Assembly (NCBI RefSeq): GCF_049243625.1
Contig: NZ_CP046975.1
Reading direction: 5' to 3' (one strand)
DNA from: Corynebacterium amycolatum
GTDB lineage: Bacteria > Actinomycetota > Actinomycetes > Mycobacteriales > Mycobacteriaceae
Length of the DNA: 32,000 nucleotides
Shown here: positions 1 through 9,259 of the stretch, piece after piece
Layout: each line of letters starts with the position of its first letter
How positions within the stretch are numbered: position 1 is the stretch's first letter
The notes under the pieces: generated by a model
The model's database searches: none
The model's input: only the letters and a program-made list of their open reading frames with translations
Told to the model about the DNA's origin: nothing
Position numbers and translations under genes: made by a program

Positions 1-114
1 GCCGGTTACTTGCTGTTGGACTACTGCCGTACGCATCCAGATATTAGGCCTTCTCACGAAGAGATTTCCAAGCTCGCCGAAGTGGTTCAGGCAGCTAAGT
101 CCGAGGAATACTAG
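1..114 (+). CDS. 3' end of an upstream gene (partial, 37 codons plus stop); product unknown
   Basis: Frame 1 is open from the window edge to TAG at 112-114 (...LLLDYCRTHPDIRPSHEEISKLAEVVQAAKSEEY*). No start codon lies in the window and I recognise no motif. Confidence 0.35.
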   Translation, partial: AGYLLLDYCRTHPDIRPSHEEISKLAEVVQAAKSEEY

Positions 115-770
115 TCCTCCGGCAGCGGAGGCTCCTTGCGTAGGTCGCGGGCGGTTGCCCGGCGTACCTCGCGCGGTTCCTCCTCCGAGCCCCGCGAACG
201 GAACTTGGCCGCAATGTCCTTCAACGAAGACGACAGTGGCGGCAGCTTCTCCAGCGCGTCACGGCCCGCGTCCCACGCGTCGGTAGCAATGTTTTCCGCT
301 TTCCGACGGAACTTGCGGACCTTCTCCTCACGCTGACGCTTAGTCTCTGCCGCGTCATTTTGCCGCTCGCGCTCACGCTCAAAGGCGGCGACATCGCGGG
401 CCTCCGCGTCGGAAAGCCTCTTTGAAGCGTGTGCCGCGGCGTCCCACGATTCCTCCAGCGACTCCGCGAGGTGCAACATGGCATCGATGCGCTTTTCAAC
501 TTCGCGCAACTTCTCGCGGTAGCCCCGTTGAATGTCGTAGCGGCGCATGATGCGGCGGGCACGAGTGGCCTCATTGCGCCAGGTGATGATTGCGCCCTCA
601 GAAATCGACTCATCGACGACGAAACGCATCGTCCACGGGTCGACATCAGCGCTGGCCAGATTGTTGCGTACCCGCTCCTCGCGGTCGAGGACGTCCTGCA
701 CGAGACTGCGAGCACGCTCTTCGGCTTGATGGGCGCGGTTGGTACGGGAGTTATCTGGTCGGAAGCTCAC
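111..770 (-). CDS. Hypothetical highly charged coiled-coil protein (about 219 aa)
   Basis: This is the 111..977 ORF trimmed to the in-frame GTG at 770-768, because the upstream part overlaps the pnuC 3' end. An AGGA-like sequence lies about 8 nt upstream. The product is rich in E/R/K/A heptad-like sequence (ERERERQNDAAETKRQREEKVRKFRRKAE) and I recognise no family. Confidence 0.5.
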   Translation of the reverse strand: MSFRPDNSRTNRAHQAEERARSLVQDVLDREERVRNNLASADVDPWTMRFVVDESISEGAIITWRNEATRARRIMRRYDIQRGYREKLREVEKRIDAMLHLAESLEESWDAAAHASKRLSDAEARDVAAFERERERQNDAAETKRQREEKVRKFRRKAENIATDAWDAGRDALEKLPPLSSSLKDIAAKFRSRGSEEEPREVRRATARDLRKEPPLPED

Positions 771-780
771 CTGGACTATC

Positions 781-1500
781 CTACCGCTCGGCTGCTGCCA
801 AAGCCGGTACTTGGTCGGTCTCGGAGCTCTTCTGCTGGTTATTGTCGTGCTGGTGCTCGAGTCGAACCCAGGAGACAAAGCCCCAAATAACGAAGCATCC
901 GTAGAAGAGGTACAGCGCTGCTGACGGGTAGTAGCCACCCTTGAGCAGCAACGGCACTCCCACGGCGTCAACGGCAATCCAGATCAGCCAGAATTCGTTC
1001 CAGCCGCGGGCCATGCCCCAGGTCGCTAGCATCGAACCGACGAAAATCCAGGCATCGGCCCATGGCCCCCACGAGCCCAGCATCTCAAAGACATTGGCAC
1101 AGATCACTGTTGCGAAGATAGCCACGGCAATCATCCCAATGCGTTCCGTTACCGTCGCCCACCGCGGCTCAATTGCGACCTCATCACCGCTCTGATTGCG
1201 GCTCTTGACCCAGCTGAACCACCCGTAGAGACTGACGACGATAAACATGACCTGACGCCCAGCCTGGCCATAGAGATCAAGATTTTGCGGCGTGTGGAAA
1301 ACTCCGCCGAGGAAGACGGTAAACAGCAAGGCATTTCCGATAATGCCGACCGGCCAAGCCCATACCTTGCGTTTCATACCTAGGAAGGCACACGCGAGGC
1401 CAAAGAGGTTACCAACAATTTCTCGAATTAAGATTGGTGCTCCCGCCACACTGAGCTGTGCAGTGAGGAAACCCACCAAAAAATCCGACGCGTATTCCAC
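781..1500 (-). CDS. pnuC: PnuC-family nicotinamide riboside/NMN transporter
   Basis: The 239-aa polytopic membrane protein has the W-rich PnuC-like pattern (KRKVWAWPVGIIGNALLFTVF, SLYGWFSWVK, WNEFWLIWIAVD). Confidence 0.8.
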   Translation of the reverse strand: MEYASDFLVGFLTAQLSVAGAPILIREIVGNLFGLACAFLGMKRKVWAWPVGIIGNALLFTVFLGGVFHTPQNLDLYGQAGRQVMFIVVSLYGWFSWVKSRNQSGDEVAIEPRWATVTERIGMIAVAIFATVICANVFEMLGSWGPWADAWIFVGSMLATWGMARGWNEFWLIWIAVDAVGVPLLLKGGYYPSAALYLFYGCFVIWGFVSWVRLEHQHDNNQQKSSETDQVPALAAAER

Positions 1501-1763
1501 GAATTATTCAACTCCTTCTCTTTCATCCGGACTATGACCGTCGGTTTCGGATTCCAACCGAAATCTGCTTGTCCCCTACCTGATGACCCTTCTGGCCACA
1601 GGTAGGGCGCTCGTGGACTTGTCTGCGTCAGCCGCAGCTTCACCACCGGTGAGGAATTTCACCTCGCCCTGAGAATGCGATTTCAACGTTAGCACTGTCG
1701 CCTTGTGCGCATGTGCATTTTATTCAATGAGGATCTAATACAGTCCCGACATAATTACGAATC

Positions 1764-1769
1764 TATAAT
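1764..1769 (+). promoter_or_regulatory. Possible -10 box (TATAAT) for a leaderless transcript of the downstream membrane-protein gene
   Basis: A perfect TATAAT lies at 1764-1769 and an in-frame ATG lies at 1777, 7 nt after the hexamer. Leaderless mRNAs are common in corynebacteria. No clear -35 is visible. Confidence 0.3.
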
Positions 1770-2571
1770 GCGCAGTATGAGCCAAAAGCCCCGCCAGCCA
1801 CGTCCTTCCCGCCCCGCCCGCCGCTCCCACCACAAGCGCTCCGCTGGCTGGGTTCCGGACCAGCACGGCGCTTGGTTCATGGTCACCATTCCCCCGCTGA
1901 CTGCACTCGCGCTCAACCCCACATGGACAGGACTCTCGGTCACCGCGACCTGGCTGCTCGGCTACTTCGCGTTCTTCGCCGTCAGCGTCTGGCTCCGCTC
2001 TCGTCGCCAACGCCGCCATCTGGCACCCGCCGCCACATACACCGCGCTCACCGCCGTCGCTGGCTGCATCACTCTGCTTGCCGACGTTTCCCTTCTCACC
2101 TGGGTCGCCCTCATCGCCCCTCTTGCCGCTATCGCTATTTGGGAAACCTACCGCCGCCGACCGCGCTCACTTCTCTCTGGTATCTCCACTGTTCTAGCCG
2201 CCAGCCTCATGGTGCCCATTATCGCCGGGCCAACCCCGAAAGCCTGGGCAATTGCGGCTATCTACGCTGGATATTTCGTCGGCACCGTGCCCTATGTGAA
2301 AACAATGATTCGCAAACGCGGCAGCCGACAGTGGCTCATTGGCTCGGTCACCTACCACGCCCTCATTACCGCTGCGGCCATCATCGGGTGGATCCTGCTC
2401 CGCGACCGGAATCTCATCAGCATCGGTGTGCCCATTGTCGCCATTGGGCTTCTCATCAGGTCTTTTGCCATGCCAATCTCCGGTGCTCGCCGCGCTAAGC
2501 CGTGGACACCCAAACAGGTCGGAATTCTCGATGCTGTCTTTGGGCTCGCCGTGGTCCTGGCCGCATGGTAA
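1768..2571 (+). CDS. YwiC-like family integral membrane protein (start 1768 or 1777)
   Basis: The basic N-terminus is followed by GWVPDQHGAWFMVTIPPLTA and about 8 hydrophobic helices, which resembles the YwiC-like family N-terminal signature as I recall it. The 1705 start adds an implausible AT-rich extension. Confidence 0.55.
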   Translation: MRSMSQKPRQPRPSRPARRSHHKRSAGWVPDQHGAWFMVTIPPLTALALNPTWTGLSVTATWLLGYFAFFAVSVWLRSRRQRRHLAPAATYTALTAVAGCITLLADVSLLTWVALIAPLAAIAIWETYRRRPRSLLSGISTVLAASLMVPIIAGPTPKAWAIAAIYAGYFVGTVPYVKTMIRKRGSRQWLIGSVTYHALITAAAIIGWILLRDRNLISIGVPIVAIGLLIRSFAMPISGARRAKPWTPKQVGILDAVFGLAVVLAAW

Positions 2572-2622
2572 AAACAACGGCGGGGATAAACTTTGGGGAA
2601 TTTTGGGGAGGGGACGAAGTCT

Positions 2623-3579
2623 ATGACTTCCACCAAACACGCAGTCACTCACGCAGTTTCCGTCTCAGACTTGGCGGCTAGCCTGAACTCGCGGCAGGCA
2701 CCACAGTCGGGCTGGCGCAGCTGGGTTCATAAGGCTACCTGGGGCGCAATTTCGCCGCGGGAATCATCGTCGGCACGCAAGCAACGCGAGCTGATAGAGC
2801 GGGCGCGACAGCCTATCTACGGTGACTACAACATCGCTGTTGTCAGCGTGAAAGGTGGCGTCGGCAAAACGTCAACAACCATGTGCCTGGGCGCCACGCT
2901 TGCAAGCCTGCGCAGTGACCGAATCGTCGCAATCGACGCGAATCCGGACTTTGGCACCCTCGGTGCACGCGTCACCGCGGCCAATCCCGCATCAATTCGC
3001 GATCTGCTCCGAGCCCCGGATACGGACAAATATGCGCAGGTCCGCGCGTACACATCTCACACTCCATCGCGTCTGGAGGTTGTCGGCAGCGACCAAAACC
3101 CAACATCGACGATCTCGCTTTCCGACGGTGAATACTGCGCAGCCCTCGACATCCTTCGGCGTCATTACAATGTGAGCCTGACTGATTGCGGTACTGGCCT
3201 GACGCAGCCCATCGCCGCTTCGATTCTTTCTGCGGCCAATTGCCTGGTGCTGGTCACCACGCCCGCACTGGACGGCGTGAAAAGCGCCTGGACGACGTTG
3301 GATTGGCTTTCAGCGCACGGCTTCGAACGGCTGGTTTCTACCACTGTCGTGGTGGTCAACGAGCTAAATAAACAGGGGCTGTCCACAGAGACCGTGCACG
3401 AACTATTTGCCCAGCGCTGCCGCGCAGTGCAGGTCATCCCCTATGACCCGCACATTGCGAATGGTGCAAATATCGAGCTGGACAATCTCCAGCCCGCCAC
3501 TACCCAGAGCTATCTCGAATTGGCGGCCATGATTGCCGATGATTTCGCGCCGACGACTGGCCGCCACAGCTTTGTCTAG
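2623..3579 (+). CDS. MinD/ParA-family P-loop ATPase
   Basis: A deviant Walker A is present (VVSVKGGVGKTSTTMCLG), followed by IDANPDFG and a VTTP..DG Walker B-like region. The ATG at 2623 is preceded by GGGGAGGGGA (2605-2614). Confidence 0.8.
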   Translation: MTSTKHAVTHAVSVSDLAASLNSRQAPQSGWRSWVHKATWGAISPRESSSARKQRELIERARQPIYGDYNIAVVSVKGGVGKTSTTMCLGATLASLRSDRIVAIDANPDFGTLGARVTAANPASIRDLLRAPDTDKYAQVRAYTSHTPSRLEVVGSDQNPTSTISLSDGEYCAALDILRRHYNVSLTDCGTGLTQPIAASILSAANCLVLVTTPALDGVKSAWTTLDWLSAHGFERLVSTTVVVVNELNKQGLSTETVHELFAQRCRAVQVIPYDPHIANGANIELDNLQPATTQSYLELAAMIADDFAPTTGRHSFV

Positions 3580-3615
3580 CACTGGCCTATTTAGCCCTAT
3601 TGAGCGCAATCTTAT

Positions 3616-4743
3616 TTAGCTCAGGTGCTGACGAATCCCCTCGACATCGACCTCCTGAACGGAGGCGGGCTTGAAGGTGGCGTCGCGGTCCTTGTCCACC
3701 AAAACCGCCCGCACGCCTTCGGCAAAATTGGGGTGCTGACGCATGTAAGCGCCGAGCTTCATCTCCCGGTTCAGAGCCTCCTGCAGCGTAACCTCCGGAC
3801 CCGCGTTCGCTGCATAGAGCTCCACTGCCGCCACGAGACTCTCCGGGTTGGCGGGTGCCAGCAGATCGCGGAAGGTCTCCACTGTTGACGACGCACAGGA
3901 GCCAGCCTCTGCGACTTCGTTGAGAGCACGCTCAATCTCCAACCAGCTATCAGCGCCGAAGCAGGCCTCGATGCAATCGCTCCACTCGGCCAGCTGCGCC
4001 TCACCGAGCAGTTCACGAGCCTCAGCCGAGTCCACATCGAGCGCATACTCCGCAAGCGCCGAATCAATTCCATCTCGGTCCAGTGCCGCGACGAACTCGT
4101 CCAGTTGCGCGGATGGCACCGCATGCGTTGCCCATCCAGCCCACAGCATGTCCGCCGCAGTTAGGCGGTAACCGGTCAGTCCTGCAAACCGAGCAATCGC
4201 CGGCGAAGGCCCTCCCAACTGAGTGTTCACATGCTGCGAAAAATAGGTAATACCCACGTCAGGCACAAAGCCGATTGCCATTTCTGGCATGGAGGCGCTG
4301 GCTCGCTCAGTCACGATTCGGTGGGAGCCGTGCATGGAAACTCCCAGGCCACCGCCCATAGCGATGCCATCAATAATCGCGATATATGGTTTGGACTGCG
4401 CAAATTCCGCAATCATCGCGTTCATCTGGTACTCGTCCCGGAAGAACTTCTCCCCCTGCTCCGGAACACCATCGAGCACAGCCTGCCGAACTGCGCGCAC
4501 GTCACCACCGGCACAAAACGCCTTGGGGTGACCGGATGAAACAACAATGTGATCCACCGAGTCGTCGTCACGCCATGCGCGGAGCCCCTCGACGACCTCG
4601 GTGACCATATCCAAATCGAGCGAATTAAGCGCCTTCGGCCTGTTCAGCCGAAGGTGGCCTGATTGCCCGTGGACTTCTCGCAGCACCTTTGGCTCATTGA
4701 CCTCGGTGCGTGCAGTGCCAGAACCGTTATCAGTAGCAGTCAT
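3616..4743 (-). CDS. Enoyl-CoA hydratase/isomerase superfamily protein, 3-hydroxyisobutyryl-CoA hydrolase-like
   Basis: Crotonase-fold motifs are present (LNRPKALNSLDLDMV, AFCAGGDVRA, FFRDEYQMN, GIAMGGGLGVS), together with the long C-terminal ECH_2-type extension typical of HIBCH-like enzymes. Confidence 0.85.
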   Translation of the reverse strand: MTATDNGSGTARTEVNEPKVLREVHGQSGHLRLNRPKALNSLDLDMVTEVVEGLRAWRDDDSVDHIVVSSGHPKAFCAGGDVRAVRQAVLDGVPEQGEKFFRDEYQMNAMIAEFAQSKPYIAIIDGIAMGGGLGVSMHGSHRIVTERASASMPEMAIGFVPDVGITYFSQHVNTQLGGPSPAIARFAGLTGYRLTAADMLWAGWATHAVPSAQLDEFVAALDRDGIDSALAEYALDVDSAEARELLGEAQLAEWSDCIEACFGADSWLEIERALNEVAEAGSCASSTVETFRDLLAPANPESLVAAVELYAANAGPEVTLQEALNREMKLGAYMRQHPNFAEGVRAVLVDKDRDATFKPASVQEVDVEGIRQHLS

Positions 4744-4833
4744 GCCACCCAGTGTGACACAGATAACTATCTATGGAAAGGCTCTGGCTTGATGGAACGA
4801 CTGACGGCGGCGAGAAATGCCTAAACAAAGAAG

Positions 4834-5760
4834 CTACTTCTTCTTGCTCTTCTTGTCCTTCTTATGCTTCTTATGCTTCTTGCCCTTCTTATCGGACTTG
4901 CCTGCACCCTTCACACGGTCAGCTTCGAGCTTCGCGGCAACGTCCGGCACATAGCGGAATTCAGTACGCGGCGGACGCTCGTAGCTCCCCTCAGACTCCG
5001 GACGCTCCGGAATTTCCGGAACATCCCGCTGAATGTGCTCGTACGGAATGGTGGTCAGCAGGTGGTTGATGACATTGATACGCGAGCGCTTCTTGTCCTC
5101 GGACTCAACCGTGAACCACGGTGCGGACGGGATATCGGTGTGGATGAACATCTCATCCTTAGCGCGGGAGTAGTCCTCCCAGCGAGTGATGGACTCCAGG
5201 TCCATCGGCGAGAGCTTCCAGCGGCGCAGCGGATCTTCACGACGGGACTTGAAGCGAGCAACCTGCTCCTCGTCCGACACGGAGAACCAGTATTTGCGCA
5301 GGATAATGCCGTCTTCAACCAGCAGACGCTCGAAGATTGGAGCCTGGTGCAGGAAGCGACGGTACTCCTGCGAGGTACAGAAGCCCATGACGCGCTCAAC
5401 GCCGGCGCGGTTGTACCAGGAGCGGTCGAAAATCACGATCTCACCAGCAGTCGGCAACTTTTCGACATAACGCTGGAAGTACCACTGCCCCTGCTCACGG
5501 CTCGTCGGAGCCGGCAGAGCCTCAATGCGACAGGTACGGGGGTTCAGGTACTGCGTGATGCGCTTAATAGCCGACCCCTTGCCGGCAGCGTCACGCCCCT
5601 CCATCACGATGACAATTCGGGCACCGGTTTCTACCACCCACTGCTGCATTTCGACGAGCTCTGCCTGGAGCTTTTTGAGCTCGGCCTCATAAGCCTTCTT
5701 GTCGAGCTTCGGTGGGCGCTGGACGTCGTCATTATTCATAGTCCTCAGCTTACCTGGCAC
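4834..5760 (-). CDS. ppk2: Polyphosphate kinase 2 (PPK2) with a polylysine C-terminal tail
   Basis: PPK2 hallmarks are present: a Walker A-like GRDAAGKGS, YFQRYVEKLPTAGEIVIFDRSWYNRAGVERVMGF and the lid region. The C-terminus is KGAGKSDKKGKKHKKHKKDKKSKKK. The start could be GTG 5760 or ATG 5739. Confidence 0.9.
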   Translation of the reverse strand: MPGKLRTMNNDDVQRPPKLDKKAYEAELKKLQAELVEMQQWVVETGARIVIVMEGRDAAGKGSAIKRITQYLNPRTCRIEALPAPTSREQGQWYFQRYVEKLPTAGEIVIFDRSWYNRAGVERVMGFCTSQEYRRFLHQAPIFERLLVEDGIILRKYWFSVSDEEQVARFKSRREDPLRRWKLSPMDLESITRWEDYSRAKDEMFIHTDIPSAPWFTVESEDKKRSRINVINHLLTTIPYEHIQRDVPEIPERPESEGSYERPPRTEFRYVPDVAAKLEADRVKGAGKSDKKGKKHKKHKKDKKSKKK

Positions 5761-5822
5761 CCTGCCCTGACCCTATTCACCGGGTTTAACCGAGGGGTCT
5801 AATCGCAAACCTAATTGGAGCC

Positions 5823-6725
5823 CTAGTCACGCGAGTAAAAACGCAGCGTGACCTGCGCAACAAGCCCAGCAAAGACCATGCCGATAATGACCACGATTGG
5901 CGCCACCACACCAATATCGCCGTTGGTCAGCGGCGCCAGAAGCTGTGCCTTGTACAGGTTACTCAGCGCCGGATCGATGACCGTCGCCTTACCCAGGAAC
6001 AGCGCACCGATGGCCAGCAGACCACCAATCAGCGACGCAATCACCGCCTCGAGGACGAACGGCGCCTGTGTGAACCAGCGGCTGGCACCGACCATGCGCA
6101 TAATCTCAACTTCCTTACGACGCGAGAACGCCGCAATCTGGACCATGTTCGCAATCAGGAACACAGCGGCAACGGCCTGCACCGCCGCCAGCAGGAAGGT
6201 CGCATTTCGCACCGAGTCCAGGTTCTGAGCTGCAGTACCGATCTCTTCATGCTGGTCAGTAACGTGGTCGACCTGTGGCAGCTCCCGAATCGGATCCAGC
6301 GGGCTGACATCGGTCGGGTCGCTCAGACGCACCATCACGACAGCAGGCAGCGACTCCGGCGTCGCATTTTCTACGAGCACGGGGTCGCTATCCTTAAACA
6401 TCTCCACGAAGTGGTCAAAGTTTTGCTGACGATTTCGGAAGGTCACCGAATCAACGCCGTCAGTCTCTTCAAGCTTGCCGACGACCTCAGCACACTCCGG
6501 CGAGGAGCAAGTTTGGTCCTCGGCGGAGATTTGTTCATTCAGTTCGATCTGCACTTCTACGCGATCGAGATAGAGATCCTTCGTGCGGCTGGTCTGCTCA
6601 GTAACCAGGATGCCGGTCGCAAGCAGCGCCAACGACACCGCGGTCGTAATAATCATCGCGATGGTCATCGTGATGTTTCGGCCCAAGGAGGAGAAAGCCT
6701 CACCGAGGACAAAGCGAGTCTTCAT
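5823..6725 (-). CDS. ftsX: Cell-division ABC transporter permease FtsX
   Basis: The protein has the N-terminal FtsX signature (MKTRFVLGEAFSSLGRNITMTIAMIIT), a large extracellular domain and 3 C-terminal TM helices. It lies immediately downstream of ftsE. Confidence 0.9.
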   Translation of the reverse strand: MKTRFVLGEAFSSLGRNITMTIAMIITTAVSLALLATGILVTEQTSRTKDLYLDRVEVQIELNEQISAEDQTCSSPECAEVVGKLEETDGVDSVTFRNRQQNFDHFVEMFKDSDPVLVENATPESLPAVVMVRLSDPTDVSPLDPIRELPQVDHVTDQHEEIGTAAQNLDSVRNATFLLAAVQAVAAVFLIANMVQIAAFSRRKEVEIMRMVGASRWFTQAPFVLEAVIASLIGGLLAIGALFLGKATVIDPALSNLYKAQLLAPLTNGDIGVVAPIVVIIGMVFAGLVAQVTLRFYSRD

Positions 6726-6773
6726 AGGTCAGTAATACCTTTCGAATGAGTTCTTCTACCGATGGACTGTCTG

Positions 6774-7463
6774 TTAATTGTTCAGGCCGTAAACACCCGT
6801 GGCGTCGTCACGCACGAGACGCCCCAGCTCCAGCTCCAACACGCGGCGACGCATGGAGTCGACGGCATCGTTGTCGTGAGTCGACACGATAACGGTCGTC
6901 CCCATGCGATTGATGCGGTCAAGCAAGAGCATGATGTCACCGGAAGTGCTTGGGTCGAGGTTGCCGGTGGGCTCGTCGGCAAGCAAGATGAGCGGGCGGT
7001 TGACGAAGGCGCGAGCAATGGCAACGCGCTGCTGCTCACCACCCGACAACTCGTGCGGGTAGCGATTTTCCTTGCCCGAGAGCCCGACCATTTCAAGCGT
7101 TTCCGGAACAGCTTTGTCGATTTTCGCCTTCGGCTTGCCAATAACCTGCAATGCGAACGCGACATTTTCGTACACGGTCTTCTTTTGCAGCAGGCGGAAG
7201 TCCTGGAAGACGTACCCCACCTTTTGACGCAATTTCGGGATGTTGCGGCGAGAGATCTTAGTCAAATCCTGGTCTGCAACCGTCAGTTTTCCTGAATCCA
7301 CTTTCTCTTCACGCACCATAAGGCGCAGGAATGTCGACTTACCAGAGCCCGACGGTCCAATAAGAAAGACAAACTCACCTTTATCTATGTGGACTGAAAC
7401 ATCGTCGAGAGCTGGTCGGCTAGAAGTCGAGTAGGACTTGGTAACCCCGTCGAAAGTGATCAT
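6774..7463 (-). CDS. ftsE: Cell-division ATP-binding protein FtsE
   Basis: ABC ATPase motifs are present: Walker [10 protein letters not shown], signature [14 protein letters not shown] and Walker [14 protein letters not shown]. The 229-aa length and adjacency to ftsX fit FtsE. Confidence 0.95.
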   Translation of the reverse strand: MITFDGVTKSYSTSSRPALDDVSVHIDKGEFVFLIGPSGSGKSTFLRLMVREEKVDSGKLTVADQDLTKISRRNIPKLRQKVGYVFQDFRLLQKKTVYENVAFALQVIGKPKAKIDKAVPETLEMVGLSGKENRYPHELSGGEQQRVAIARAFVNRPLILLADEPTGNLDPSTSGDIMLLLDRINRMGTTVIVSTHDNDAVDSMRRRVLELELGRLVRDDATGVYGLNN

Positions 7464-7558
7464 AGATAGACACTCTAATCACTTAAGCCACTCAAGTCAC
7501 TCTGGAATGCGTGGAATTGGGCGCCGGAATAGCGAGGCTGCGGAGCTAGGTGACATTG

Positions 7559-7568
7559 CCCCCCCCCC
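7559..7568. repeat. Homopolymeric C10 (G10 on the minus strand) tract about 96-105 bp upstream of the ftsE start
   Basis: Direct count: ...gacattgCCCCCCCCCCagagc... in the ftsE / HNH-gene intergenic region. Confidence 0.9.
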
Positions 7569-7835
7569 AGAGCGCGCGACCACACAGAAGTGCACGCTAC
7601 GACAGTATTCGAAAGAATTTTCTCAAGAATCTCTACCCCCCTTTACTTCGCCTACATGTTCGATTAAAATGAGCGATGAAAGATTAAACGCGAGGATTAA
7701 AAACACCAAATAACGTCGCCGAGCTGCTTAAAGCTCGGAAAACTGACACTCAGAGTTAGTCGAAAATATTTTCCCTACCTCTTCCTTATTTCAACATTTC
7801 AACATCCAGGCCTTATCTTTCAGGGGGATTCAACA

Positions 7836-9257
7836 ATGGCCAGCGGGGAACATATACCACGGAAACGCACTTACGCTGCGGCGATGGAAGCAACAGCGCC
7901 ACGCTTTCACCATGAGATTTCTCAAACAGCACCAGCACGTCTTGGAATTGGCCGTAATCGAGCTGATCTGCAGCTTGCCCTTGCTTGTGTTCCGTCTTCT
8001 TCAACAAAAGATGTCGAAGATTACATCGCCAAAATCGCTCCAGCTCTTGGCATGTCGCGCGGGAGAACACTCCAGTACATCGATATCGGGATGCAGCTAG
8101 AGCGGCTCCCGCGGTTGAAAGAGCTTCTGCTCAAACGCGCACAGCTACCGCTTCCCCACATGCGGGTCATTGCCACAGCCCTCCTCCCCTTGGATGACGC
8201 CTCTACTGTGAAATATTTCGAAGACCATCTCCTCGAACTGATCACGCCGCGAGTCGATGGTGAAGTTCTTCGCGGGGTTCGGAGTCTTCAACAGAATATT
8301 CAGCGATTTATTAATGAAGTCAGCCCGCTATTGCGCCCTAAAAATGAGTACGACCCGCCGATTACTTCGTTTCAAAAAGGCATCGAGCAAAAAGCTGGCG
8401 AATCTATAAAGTTCGAGTTAAAGGACAACCTCACTGAAGTCACCATGGAACTGATGCCTGAGCGGGCAATTGAGTTTCAGAAGGTCTTGGAAGAAATTAC
8501 CGCTGATCAGGACTGCGACTTCGTCGAGGCTTTTTCACACCTTCTGCACGGGACTGCTCAGGTCACCGCCACGTTGAATCTGTACTGCCCACTTACTCAA
8601 GACAAGCCACAGGAGGCATGGATCGGCGGTCTGGGGTGGATCAACAAAATCGCCACTGAATCCTGGCTCGATCGAGTCACTAGCATCCGGCTACTAGCGG
8701 ACGAGAAAACGGAAAAGTACTCGCCAACAGAGCGACAGCGTACTTACGTCCAAGGTAGAGACGGCACCTGCCGCTTTCCCGGATGCGATGTCGATGCAAC
8801 GAAGTGCGACATCGACCACATTCAGCCGTATAACCACGAGAATCCCGAAGAAGGTGGCCAAACCGAAACGCCCAACCTCCATTGCCTATGCCGCCGGCAC
8901 CACAATCTAAAAACGGCCGGTCTTTGGAATGTCGTGCGCGATATCGACGGCGTGGAGTACTGGACCTCCGCCACTGATCAAAGCACCGAAAAAGCTGCGC
9001 TTATCAGTACAGAAACAGGACCGCTCTCCGGCCACGGTCGCTACTCTTTCGACCTGCGCAAGACAAAGAAAGCACAGACACTCAAGGAATACAACGAGCA
9101 GAGGTTGGAACACCTCCGCGAATCACAGGAGCTGACAAATCAGGCTCGCGAAGAACTGGGAATGAACAAAAACGAGAGAAACGGAGAAGCCGACGAGCCC
9201 ACCACACCGGAAACACCCAAGGCACCGGAAGCGCCCGAAGACGAACCGCCCTTCTAG
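7836..9257 (+). CDS. DUF222 / HNH endonuclease domain protein (REP13E12-like family)
   Basis: An HNH nuclease core is present (CRFPGCDVDATKCDIDHIQPYNHE...NLHCLCRRHHNLKTAGLW), preceded by a long helical DUF222-like N-terminal region. The gene and its upstream spacer are visibly AT-richer than the flanks. Confidence 0.85.
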   Translation: MASGEHIPRKRTYAAAMEATAPRFHHEISQTAPARLGIGRNRADLQLALACVPSSSTKDVEDYIAKIAPALGMSRGRTLQYIDIGMQLERLPRLKELLLKRAQLPLPHMRVIATALLPLDDASTVKYFEDHLLELITPRVDGEVLRGVRSLQQNIQRFINEVSPLLRPKNEYDPPITSFQKGIEQKAGESIKFELKDNLTEVTMELMPERAIEFQKVLEEITADQDCDFVEAFSHLLHGTAQVTATLNLYCPLTQDKPQEAWIGGLGWINKIATESWLDRVTSIRLLADEKTEKYSPTERQRTYVQGRDGTCRFPGCDVDATKCDIDHIQPYNHENPEEGGQTETPNLHCLCRRHHNLKTAGLWNVVRDIDGVEYWTSATDQSTEKAALISTETGPLSGHGRYSFDLRKTKKAQTLKEYNEQRLEHLRESQELTNQAREELGMNKNERNGEADEPTTPETPKAPEAPEDEPPF

Positions 9258-9259
9258 CA

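Noticed and set aside
771-977. Upstream extension of the 288-aa minus-strand ORF
   Set aside because: It overlaps the pnuC 3' end out of frame. An internal GTG at 770 with an AGGA-like site is a more plausible start.
1578-1674. TPP-riboswitch-like words (ACCTGAT at 1578-1584, CTGAGA at 1669-1674) near pnuC
   Set aside because: They are on the plus strand and in the wrong order for a leader of the minus-strand pnuC. The remaining TPP consensus is absent.
4864-5802. 312-aa ORF on the plus strand
   Set aside because: It is entirely antisense to the well-supported ppk2 gene. The product is low-complexity with no motif, as expected for shadow ORFs in GC-rich DNA.
7438-7713. 91-aa plus-strand ORF in the ftsE-HNH intergenic region
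   Set aside because: It starts inside the ftsE 5' end, crosses the C10 tract and AT-rich spacer, and has no RBS or motif.
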